A stretch of 24,000 bases of DNA from an uncultured bacterium (GTDB taxonomy: Bacteria > Omnitrophota > Gorgyraeia > Duberdicusellales > CBEUCJ01). Shown one piece after another: positions 17,059 to 24,000 of this stretch. Every line of letters starts with the position of its first letter. The first letter of the stretch is position 1. The stretch is from NCBI GenBank assembly GCA_965541615.1, contig CBEUCJ010000003.1, positions 107,830-131,829 on the forward strand, in the 5' to 3' direction. The notes beneath the pieces were generated by a model. The model worked only from the letters and a program-made list of their open reading frames with translations, was not told where the DNA came from and made no database searches. Position numbers and translations under genes: made by a program.

Positions 17059-17820
17059 TTATGGACTATTTATAAGTTTCAGAACTTGAGAATGTAAATA
17101 TTTATTAGAAGCTAAGTAACCTCTTTTTTTCACACTCCATTTGCTTCCATCTAAATATGTAAATTTGCCTCCTGCCTCTTCTATTAAAATCTTACCTGCT
17201 GCACAATCCCAAGCATAATCTGAGAATTCTATAGCAATATCTAATTTCCCAGAGGCTAAATAAGAAAGAACTCTTGCAGAACTCCCAAACATTCTTATAT
17301 TAAAGACGCTTTCTGAAATTCTTCCTAAAACTTTTAAAATTCTATCTTTATCTATCCTTATAGCTGAATCAAAAGAAACTGAAGCTTTTTTAAGAATTTT
17401 AACTTGAGAGACTTTTATTCTCTTTCTATTCAAAAAACTTCCTTTATTTTTCTGAGCCCAATACAATTCTTTAGTAAAAGGAAGATAAATTACACCTAAA
17501 ATAATTTCATCCTTGTAGCTTAAAGCAATTGAAACTCCAAATATTTCTATTCTGTGAATATAGTTGTGAGTACCATCTAAGGGATCTATTATCCATAAAA
17601 ATTCTTCTTTTTCTATCAAATCTTTTTCTGTCTCTTCTGAAAGTATCTGATGAGTAGGAAACTTCTTTTTTAAGATATCTACTATTATCTTTTCTGCTGT
17701 AAGGTCTATTTCGGTTGCTAAATTTCTATCTCCCTTTTTTATTATCTTTTTAACTTTACCAAAATTCTTTAAAAGGTAATCTCCTGCTTTTTGTGCAGCT
17801 AGTATTGCTGTCTTAAGCAT
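17059..17820 (-). CDS. Inositol monophosphatase family protein (SuhB/FIG-like phosphatase)
   Basis: EIDLTAEK...ILSEET...LWIIDPLDGTHNYIH...WDCAAGKILIEEAGG. Confidence 0.93.
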   Translation of the reverse strand: MLKTAILAAQKAGDYLLKNFGKVKKIIKKGDRNLATEIDLTAEKIIVDILKKKFPTHQILSEETEKDLIEKEEFLWIIDPLDGTHNYIHRIEIFGVSIALSYKDEIILGVIYLPFTKELYWAQKNKGSFLNRKRIKVSQVKILKKASVSFDSAIRIDKDRILKVLGRISESVFNIRMFGSSARVLSYLASGKLDIAIEFSDYAWDCAAGKILIEEAGGKFTYLDGSKWSVKKRGYLASNKYLHSQVLKLINSP

Positions 17821-17966
17821 TTTTTAAAGATATTATCATAATTTTGTATAAGAAGATAGAAAAAATATTATTTAGGATTTCAAAGATCTTTTTCAGTTCT
17901 ACCATATCCTCAAATTAGATGCATCTTCCAAATATGATAGAATTTCTTCCTTCTTTTCTTTTATAA

Positions 17967-18122
17967 TCATTTTTTTCTTAATTCTTCTAATATAGCTTTT
18001 AAGAGTCTCTCTATATTTTCTAACAACTCTATCTGTCTTTTTTGAATCTTTTGTTGCTCTGAACCTAACTTTTGAGCTTGTTCAGCTATTTTTTTCATAT
18101 CAAAAAGACTTTTGAAGTCCAT
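17967..18122 (-). CDS. Small protein, 51 aa, coiled-coil-prone, unknown function (not in ORF track)
   Basis: MDFKSLFDMKKIAEQAQKLGSEQQKIQKRQIELLENIERLLKAILEELRKK*; preceded by strong SD (AAAAAGGAGGTAGATT-ATG) and a TTGTCA-N16-TATAAT promoter. Confidence 0.72.
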   Translation of the reverse strand: MDFKSLFDMKKIAEQAQKLGSEQQKIQKRQIELLENIERLLKAILEELRKK

Positions 18123-18155
18123 AATCTACCTCCTTTTTAAAATTTATTGTTTTTA

Positions 18156-18183
18156 ATTATACTCCTCAAAAAATTATTGACAA
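18156..18183 (-). promoter_or_regulatory. Predicted sigma70-type promoter TTGTCA (18183-18178) - 16 nt - TATAAT (18161-18156) driving the leftward unit
   Basis: Exact -10, 5/6 -35, correct spacing, about 35 nt upstream of the small-ORF start. Confidence 0.65.
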
Positions 18184-18204
18184 AGATTTTTAAATTATTA
18201 TAAT
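18177..18204 (+). promoter_or_regulatory. Predicted sigma70-type promoter TTGACA (18177-18182) - 16 nt - TATAAT (18199-18204) driving speD-pdaD-speE-speB
   Basis: Both hexamers match consensus exactly; start codon about 50 nt downstream. Confidence 0.78.
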
Positions 18205-18251
18205 TGTGTTTAAAAATTATAGTTTTTAGGATTTTTTAAAGAGGAGGTAGC

Positions 18252-18302
18252 ATGATTGAAAGGATTAGGAACTCATATATTAGCAGAATTTATAGATTGT
18301 GA
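18252..18302 (+). CDS. Candidate short ORF (16 aa, MIERIRNSYISRIYRL*) overlapping the speD start out of frame
   Basis: ATG at 18252 is 4 nt after SD GAGGAGG (18241-18247); the speD TTG start is at 18256 behind the same SD; TGA at 18300-18302. Confidence 0.35.
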   Translation: MIERIRNSYISRIYRL

Positions 18303-18630
18303 CTCACATTTATTAAACTCACCTCAATTTATAAAAGAGCTCCTGGAAACCGCTGCCCTCAAAGCAGGAGCTACTATTATAGAAAGTTTTTTTCACCAAT
18401 TTAATCCTCATGGAGTAAGTGGAATTGTAGTCATTGCTGAATCTCATCTATCTATTCATACTTGGCCTGAGTTTGGTTTTGCAGCTGTAGATATATTCAC
18501 GTGTGGCCAAAGAGTAAAGCCTGAAATAGCTTTTGAATATATGAAAGAAAAATTAAAAGCTCAGAAAGTAGTTACAAAGAAACTTATAAGAGGAGATTCC
18601 AAATTTCTTGTTTTTAATAAAAACTTCTAA
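18256..18630 (+). CDS. speD: S-adenosylmethionine decarboxylase proenzyme (prokaryotic class 1)
   Basis: GLGTHILAEFIDCD at the N-terminus and SHLSIHTWPEFGFAAVDIFTCG (pyruvoyl-forming Ser in ESHLSIHTWPE); TTG start. Confidence 0.96.
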   Translation: MKGLGTHILAEFIDCDSHLLNSPQFIKELLETAALKAGATIIESFFHQFNPHGVSGIVVIAESHLSIHTWPEFGFAAVDIFTCGQRVKPEIAFEYMKEKLKAQKVVTKKLIRGDSKFLVFNKNF

Positions 18631-19094
18631 TGTTTGAACTACCTAAAAATTTTTTTTTAGTAAAGGGAAATGCTGAAGGATACTCTCCTCTGAATGCTTT
18701 TGATTCTGCTCTCCTCAAATCTGGTATTGGAAATACCAATTTAATTAAAGTTACAAGTATAATCCCACCGGGTTCCAAACGCATTAGACCTAAAAAAGCT
18801 TATCCTGGAAGTCTTTTACCTTGTGCTTATTCTTATAAAATATCTGATATCCCAGGAGAAATAATATCTGCTTGTGTATGTGTGGCTTTACCTGAAGAGG
18901 AATCTGCGCCTGGAGTGATTATGGAGTTTTCTTCTACTGGTCGCAAAGACTTAGCAGAAGAAATTGTGAAAAAAATGGCAGAAGAAGCTATGAATATAAG
19001 AGGATTAAAAATTAAAGAGATGTTTGTAACCTCTGTTCAACATAGAGTGAAAAAAATAGGCTGTGTGTTTGCAGGAGTAGTATTGTGGGGTTAG
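18630..19094 (+). CDS. pdaD: Pyruvoyl-dependent arginine decarboxylase
   Basis: FFLVKGNAEGYSPLNAFDSALLKSGIGNTNLIKVTSIIPPGSKRI (cleavage region Thr-Ser-Ile-Ile-Pro-Pro), LPCAYSYKISD...ISACVCVALP; TAATG overlap with speD. Confidence 0.92.
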   Translation: MFELPKNFFLVKGNAEGYSPLNAFDSALLKSGIGNTNLIKVTSIIPPGSKRIRPKKAYPGSLLPCAYSYKISDIPGEIISACVCVALPEEESAPGVIMEFSSTGRKDLAEEIVKKMAEEAMNIRGLKIKEMFVTSVQHRVKKIGCVFAGVVLWG

Positions 19095-19933
19095 GAGAAA
19101 TTTGGTTCACTGAAAAGCATAATCCAGCTTCAGGTTTCTCCTTAAAAGTAAATAAATTCATTTTTGAAAAAAAATCTAAATATCAAAGGATCGTAATTTT
19201 TGATAATAATGATTATGGTAGAATTTTTCTATTAGATGATCTTATAATGCTTACACAAAAAGATGAGTTTACTTATCATGAAATGCTTACACATCCTGCT
19301 CTCTTTACCCACAAAAATCCCAAAGATGTTTTAATAATTGGTGGAGGAGATGGTGGAACAGCAAGAGAGATTTTAAAACATAAAACTGTAAAACACTTAG
19401 ATTTAGTAGAAATAGATAAAGATGTTATAGAAACTTCTAAGAAGTATTTAAAATTTTGTGGAAAAGCTTTTAATGACAAAAGGCTAAAAGTTATTATTCA
19501 AGATGGTATAAAATTTGTTAAAAATACAGATAAAAAATATGATTTAATTTTTGTAGATTCTACAGACCCTATAGGGATGGCAAAAGGATTATTTTCAAAA
19601 AATTTTTATAAAAATTGCTACAAGATTCTGAAAGAAGATGGAATCTTGACTACACTTTCAGAGTCTCCTTTTAATGATCCTAAATGGACCAAAGAAATTT
19701 TTAAAAATTTAAAAGCAGTATTTAAAAATGTATTTTTGTATTTGAGTTTTGTACCTGCTTATCCATCAGGAGTTTGGAGTTTTTGTATGGCGAGTAAAAT
19801 CTATCATCCTTTAAAAGATTTCCAAGAAAAAAGATATAAAAATTTTGATTCAAAGAATAAATATTATAATAAAGAAATCCACTTTGCCTGTTTTTGCCTC
19901 CCTGAATTTGTAAAAGACTTAATAAATGCCTAA
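19085..19933 (+). CDS. speE: Polyamine aminopropyltransferase (spermidine synthase family; possibly agmatine-specific)
   Basis: IWFTEKHNPASGFSLKV...DEFTYHEMLTHPALFTH...VLIIGGGDGGTAREILKH...LVEIDKDV...DSTDPIGMAKGLFSKNFY; GTG start overlapping the pdaD end. Confidence 0.94.
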   Translation: MGLGEIWFTEKHNPASGFSLKVNKFIFEKKSKYQRIVIFDNNDYGRIFLLDDLIMLTQKDEFTYHEMLTHPALFTHKNPKDVLIIGGGDGGTAREILKHKTVKHLDLVEIDKDVIETSKKYLKFCGKAFNDKRLKVIIQDGIKFVKNTDKKYDLIFVDSTDPIGMAKGLFSKNFYKNCYKILKEDGILTTLSESPFNDPKWTKEIFKNLKAVFKNVFLYLSFVPAYPSGVWSFCMASKIYHPLKDFQEKRYKNFDSKNKYYNKEIHFACFCLPEFVKDLINA

Positions 19934-20750
19934 AACTTTCTTAGGTACGCAAAACTTTGAAAATCCTGAGATTAAAATAATAGGGATTCCTTTAGATATT
20001 ACAAGCAGTTTTCTGAATGGAACAAGGTTTGGTCCTCAAAATATAAGAATAGCTTCTGAAAATTTAGAAACTTATAGCGTAGTTCTGAAAAAAGATTTGA
20101 AAGATAAAAAGATCTCTGATTTAGGAGATATAGAGATTTGCAGTGATATTAAGAAAGCTTTAAAAATGATAGAGAATAAAATAGATAGAGAGCTTAAGAG
20201 TGATGCTAAGTTGATACTTATAGGCGGAGAACACACTTTAAGTTTGGCTAGTATAAAGAGTTTTTTGAAAAAATTTCCTAAATTAAGCCTAATATGGTTC
20301 GATGCCCATTTAGATTTAAGAGATTCTTATCAAAATAATAAACTTTCCCATGCTACAGTCTTAAGAAGAATTTCTGAAATTTCTGATATTAAAATTTTTC
20401 ATATAGGATTTAGATCAGCTATAAAAGAAGAATTAGAATTTGCTAAGAAGAGAGTAACTCTTTTAAAAGCCTCAAAAAAAGAGATTGTGAAGATAAAGAG
20501 GAGTTTAAAATATGAACCAGTTTATGTGAGCTTCGATGTAGATTTTATAAACCCTGATTCTGTGAGAAGTGTAGGATGTCCTGAACCAGGAGGGGTTTAT
20601 TTTAATGAAGCCATAGAGCTAATGTATTCTTTAAAAGGATTAAATATTGTAGGTGCAGATTTTGTAGAATACAATGGTTTAATTGATCCTTATTTTACAG
20701 ATGGAACAAAAATAGCTAAGTTAATAAGAGAGTTTTTGCTCTTTATGTAA
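19926..20750 (+). CDS. speB: Agmatinase/ureohydrolase family (possibly N1-aminopropylagmatine ureohydrolase)
   Basis: Metal ligand motifs IGGEHTLSLA, WFDAHLDLRD, VSFDVDFINPDSVRSVGCPEPGG; adjacent to speE/pdaD. Confidence 0.92.
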   Translation: MPKTFLGTQNFENPEIKIIGIPLDITSSFLNGTRFGPQNIRIASENLETYSVVLKKDLKDKKISDLGDIEICSDIKKALKMIENKIDRELKSDAKLILIGGEHTLSLASIKSFLKKFPKLSLIWFDAHLDLRDSYQNNKLSHATVLRRISEISDIKIFHIGFRSAIKEELEFAKKRVTLLKASKKEIVKIKRSLKYEPVYVSFDVDFINPDSVRSVGCPEPGGVYFNEAIELMYSLKGLNIVGADFVEYNGLIDPYFTDGTKIAKLIREFLLFM

Positions 20751-21380
20751 ATTGTTTATTACCCTGTCTAAATATCTCCTAAAGTTATTCTCAGGGCAAA
20801 AAGAAGACTCTGTATATAAAAGCATTTCAAACAAAAGAGAATTAAAATTCTTTGAATTAGGACTATCTAAAAACTTTTTAAATCTTTTACATAAATTTTC
20901 TTTTAAACCAGACTTTCTCTTCTTTAAAACTCCTTTTCTTTGAGCTCTTCTTATCAATTTATAAGCTCTCATTAATGAAGGTAAATTCTTAGGGATACTC
21001 TTAATCTCATCTTTTCCTTCTCTTTCTTTAATCTTCGTCCACTCTTTTAGAACATCTTGAGGTTTAGAAAGAACTTTACCTTTAAAAACATGAGGATGTC
21101 TTAAAATCAGTTTTTTATTTACTCTTTTTAAAACCTGATATAAAGTTAACTTCTTTTTTTCTTTAAGAATTTGAGTTATAAATACCAAAATTAAAAACAT
21201 ATCTCCTAACTCTTCTTCTATCATTTTTTTATCATTCTTAGTTAAAGCTTCTAATAATTCATATGTCTCTTCTAAAAGATAAGATTCCAAATCTTTTAAC
21301 TTCTGTTTTCTATCCCAAGGACAACCTCTTTTTGATCTTAAAATGCTCACTATCTTTACTAATTTTTTAAATTCTTTCAT
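20721..21380 (-). CDS. mazG: MazG family nucleoside triphosphate pyrophosphohydrolase
   Basis: LVKIVSILRSKRGCPWDRKQKLKDLESYLLEETYELLEAL...IEEELGDMFLILVFITQI...HPHVF. Confidence 0.93.
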   Translation of the reverse strand: MKEFKKLVKIVSILRSKRGCPWDRKQKLKDLESYLLEETYELLEALTKNDKKMIEEELGDMFLILVFITQILKEKKKLTLYQVLKRVNKKLILRHPHVFKGKVLSKPQDVLKEWTKIKEREGKDEIKSIPKNLPSLMRAYKLIRRAQRKGVLKKRKSGLKENLCKRFKKFLDSPNSKNFNSLLFEMLLYTESSFCPENNFRRYLDRVINNLHKEQKLSY

Positions 21381-21386
21381 TTTTGT

Positions 21387-21725
21387 TTACAGCTTTACTT
21401 TATCCTCAGGATTAAAGGGTGCTTTTATAAATATAGCTTTGGTAAATTTTGAAGGAATTATATTATGGGATTCATTGGGTTCTATTCTGAAAGCATCTCC
21501 TTGAGAGTATTTATGTTCAATTTCATTAATTATTATTTTACCTTCACCTTCTAAAAAATAAAAAGTCTCTTCTACTGTATTGTGTAAGTGCTTTCCTAAT
21601 TCTGTTGATTCTTTTAAAATTAATATACCCCATTCTATCTTTGGACCTCTAAATATATATTTTGGTCCCCAATCACCAAATCTAAAATCTTTTTCCTTTT
21701 CATTTGTGTACTCCATTATTTCCAC
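21387..21725 (-). CDS. Cupin-domain protein
   Basis: GILILKESTELGKHLHNTVEETFYFLEGEGKIIINEIEHKYSQGDAFRIEPNESHNI (cupin motifs 1 and 2). Confidence 0.9.
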   Translation of the reverse strand: MEIMEYTNEKEKDFRFGDWGPKYIFRGPKIEWGILILKESTELGKHLHNTVEETFYFLEGEGKIIINEIEHKYSQGDAFRIEPNESHNIIPSKFTKAIFIKAPFNPEDKVKL

Positions 21726-21749
21726 CTCCTTTTAATTTAATAAAGTTAA

Positions 21750-22901
21750 TCAATACGCTTTTTCCAAAATTTTGATTACATCAGAGTAACCTAAAGGTTT
21801 CTTGTTTGCTTTTAGAGAACCTGAAGTTAAACTTTCTTTTGCTATAAAATCAAAGTCTTTTTTATTTACTCCTAAATCTCTTAAATTTTGAGGAATATTA
21901 AACTTTCTTAATAAACTTTTTATCTTCCTTATCAACCATAAACTTGCTTCTTTATTTTTTAAATCTTTTTTTAAACCTAACACTTTAGCTATTTTTTTAT
22001 AAAGAGGAGCACACACCTCTAAATTATATTCTGCTACATGAGGTAAAAGTACACTGCATATTAATCCATGGGGTATATTGTATAAAGCTCCTATAGGATG
22101 AGCTATACCATGGACAGCACCCAACCTAGCATTAAAGAGAGCAATACCTCCTAAAACTGAACCATACAATAATTCTTTTCTAGAATTAACATCACTCAAA
22201 TTTTTTAAGAGACCTTTTAAACCTTTATATAAAAGTCTTAAAGATTCTATACTCAAAGGTTGAGTGAATTCTGAAGCATTCTTTGAAGTGTAAGATTCTA
22301 TAGCTTGAACTATTCCATCTAAAACTGAATAGAGAGTGCTTTTGAAATCTAAATTTAAAGTCAATAAGGGATCCAAAATTACTACTTTTGCAAATAAAAA
22401 ATTGGATCTAAAACTCTTTTTAAATTTTCTTTCTTTTGAAATCAACACAGCATTGGGAGTAACCTCTGCTCCTGTTCCAGCTGTGGTAGGGACTGCTATG
22501 AAAGGTAAGCCTTCTGATTCTAAAGGAATATTTTCATACATATATTCATAGATACTTTTTTCTTTATTAGCTATGCCACTGGTCGCTTTTGCTAAATCTA
22601 TAACACTTCCTCCTCCTATTCCTATTACAGTATCTGCGCCAAATTTTTTACACATCTTTTGAGCAGCATCTACCATCTCTAAAGTAGGCTCTCCTCTATC
22701 TTTATAAAAGACTTTCAATTCCAAATCCTCTTTTTTAAAAGCTTTTTTCAAAAAATTTAAAACACCTATTTTCTTCATAGAATTTTTACCACATATTAAA
22801 AAATGTCTTTTTCCTAATCTTCTACAAATATTTACCAATTCTTTAATAGCTGATTCTCCAAATATTATTTTTGAGGGTAGTTTAAACTCTTTTATATTCA
22901 T
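21750..22901 (-). CDS. Iron-containing (group III) alcohol dehydrogenase family protein
   Basis: VIGIGGGSVIDLAKATSG, VPTTAGTGAEVTPNAVLI, GAVHGIAHPIGALYNIPHGLICSVLLP. Confidence 0.93.
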   Translation of the reverse strand: MNIKEFKLPSKIIFGESAIKELVNICRRLGKRHFLICGKNSMKKIGVLNFLKKAFKKEDLELKVFYKDRGEPTLEMVDAAQKMCKKFGADTVIGIGGGSVIDLAKATSGIANKEKSIYEYMYENIPLESEGLPFIAVPTTAGTGAEVTPNAVLISKERKFKKSFRSNFLFAKVVILDPLLTLNLDFKSTLYSVLDGIVQAIESYTSKNASEFTQPLSIESLRLLYKGLKGLLKNLSDVNSRKELLYGSVLGGIALFNARLGAVHGIAHPIGALYNIPHGLICSVLLPHVAEYNLEVCAPLYKKIAKVLGLKKDLKNKEASLWLIRKIKSLLRKFNIPQNLRDLGVNKKDFDFIAKESLTSGSLKANKKPLGYSDVIKILEKAY

Positions 22902-23469
22902 TTATAAAAAGTATTTCTTTTAAAGGCCTCTTTGGAACACATAGAGTGCCAGATTTATCTAAATAATACTTTACGCTTCCTTTAAATTTTACTACTTTGG
23001 ATTTGTGTGCAGGATATCCTAAAGCTATCACAGAATCCAGTTCTAAAAAATTTGGCAACTTTAAAATTTTTTTTATCTCCTTTTTATTAATAGCTGCTAT
23101 CCAACAGCTTGCTATTCCAAAGTAATGTAAACTAAGTAAAATGTTCTGGACACCAGCTCCTACATCTCTTAAGTCAGGTCTTTGAGATTTATATTTATTT
23201 ATAAGGACCATTATGTAACTGGCAGGTCTCTCTTTCTCAGAAGGTGTACCTTTTGGATAGAGATAACCTGCCCATTTCAAATGAGGGAAAATTTTTTCTT
23301 TTAGATTTTTTTTAGTAATTACTAAAAACTCTAAAAATTGTAAATTAGCAGCTGAAGGTGCGTATCTAGCACTGTCAATTGCTTTTTTGATAAGAGAAAG
23401 TTTAACCTTCTTATTTAAAAATTTCCTTATACTTCTCCTCGTTTTAATTAATTCCAAAAAATCTTTCAT
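22882..23469 (-). CDS. Nitroreductase family protein
   Basis: FLELIKTRRSIRKFLNKKVKLSLIKKAIDSARYAPSAANLQFLEFLVI, DVGAGVQNILLSLHYFGIASCWI, VIALGYPA. Confidence 0.92.
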   Translation of the reverse strand: MKDFLELIKTRRSIRKFLNKKVKLSLIKKAIDSARYAPSAANLQFLEFLVITKKNLKEKIFPHLKWAGYLYPKGTPSEKERPASYIMVLINKYKSQRPDLRDVGAGVQNILLSLHYFGIASCWIAAINKKEIKKILKLPNFLELDSVIALGYPAHKSKVVKFKGSVKYYLDKSGTLCVPKRPLKEILFINEYKRV

Positions 23470-24000
23470 TCTAAAAAAGAAGTGTTTAAATACCCTGTTA
23501 TTAAAAAATCCTCACCTACTCTTTTAAATCTCACATATTTTAAGACTTTAGCATTCTTTATCCTTTGAATATCTTTTCCTTCAAAGCTTAAAAGACCTCT
23601 GCCTCCAAAAATCTTAGGAGCAATGTAAATCAACAATTTATCTGCCAGACCTTCTTCTAAAAATGATGTAAATATTTTTGAGCCTCCTTCAACCATTATA
23701 GAAATAATCCCTCTTTCTGCTAAGATTTTGAGGATTTGATTTAAATTTAGCTTACCTTCTTTTTCTTTAACTAAAATTATTTCACATTTATTTTTCAGAA
23801 GTCTAAACTTATCTTTATCATAATTTTTTTTAGAACAAAATATTAAAACTTTTCCTTTTTTAAAAATATTAGCATTCAGAGGAATTCTTAAATAAGAATC
23901 TAGAACTATCTTAATAGGAGAGTATTTACCTTTGGCTTCAAGATAAGGATTATCTTTTAAAATTGTGTTTATTCCTACTAATATAGCTTGGAAATTAGCT
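23466..24000 (-). CDS. ribD: Riboflavin-specific reductase domain (RibD C-terminal / DHFR-like), N-terminal part cut by window edge
   Basis: ORF track shows only an internal start (23696); the frame is open to the window edge: ANFQAILVGINTILKDNPYLEAKGKYSPIKIVLDSYLRIPLNANIF...ILAERGIISIMVEGGSKIFTSFLEEGLADKLLIYIAPKIFGG. Confidence 0.9.
   Translation of the reverse strand, partial: ANFQAILVGINTILKDNPYLEAKGKYSPIKIVLDSYLRIPLNANIFKKGKVLIFCSKKNYDKDKFRLLKNKCEIILVKEKEGKLNLNQILKILAERGIISIMVEGGSKIFTSFLEEGLADKLLIYIAPKIFGGRGLLSFEGKDIQRIKNAKVLKYVRFKRVGEDFLITGYLNTSFLE

Noticed and set aside
19276-19479. 67-aa - strand ORF
   Set aside because: Antisense to the SpeE GGGDGG region.
20752-20943. 63-aa + strand ORF immediately after speB, tempting as a fifth polyamine operon member
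   Set aside because: Entirely antisense to mazG; Lys/Phe-rich low-complexity translation typical of antisense AT-rich ORFs; no SD or family match.
22336-22551. 71-aa + strand ORF
   Set aside because: Antisense inside the Fe-ADH gene.
1-24000. CRISPR arrays, transposases, integrases, toxin-antitoxin or phage-defence islands
   Set aside because: No regularly spaced repeats, no recombinase motifs and no recognised defence domains; MazG and the PIN-like protein have ordinary housekeeping-type contexts here.

Overview
AT-rich, densely packed bacterial chromosomal window of ordinary metabolic genes. I see no CRISPR array, mobile element, rRNA or tRNA. (1) Minus strand 10224->1: a purine operon in the order NifU-like, purB, purSL fusion, purQ, purF, purM, purD, purE, then an edge-truncated ORF fusing a TsaC/Sua5 (YrdC) domain to a low-molecular-weight phosphatase domain. 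The ORF track misses this last gene. (2) Plus strand 10323-10892: a UPF0278 / 'RNA ligase partner' PIN-like protein, possibly translated from a leaderless mRNA. (3) Minus strand 18122->10889: a small ORF (51 aa) missed by the track, an IMPase-family protein, a NapH-like Fe-S membrane protein, an AmmeMemoRadiSam-type radical SAM enzyme, a membrane protein with a spermidine-synthase-like domain, and two tandem CNNM/HlyC-like transporters. (4) Plus strand 18256-20750: an overlapping polyamine operon speD-pdaD-speE-speB, consistent with the arginine -> agmatine -> N1-aminopropylagmatine -> spermidine route. It has a consensus sigma70-type promoter whose -35 overlaps the -35 of a divergent promoter. 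(5) Minus strand 24000->20721: ribD C-terminal domain (edge-truncated), nitroreductase, Fe-ADH, cupin, MazG. I found no clearly new defence-like system. The most unusual points are the tandem-PurS PurL fusion, the TsaC-phosphatase fusion, the 16-codon overlapping ORF at the speD start, the back-to-back promoters, and the AmrS/NapH-like/SpeE-like membrane cluster.
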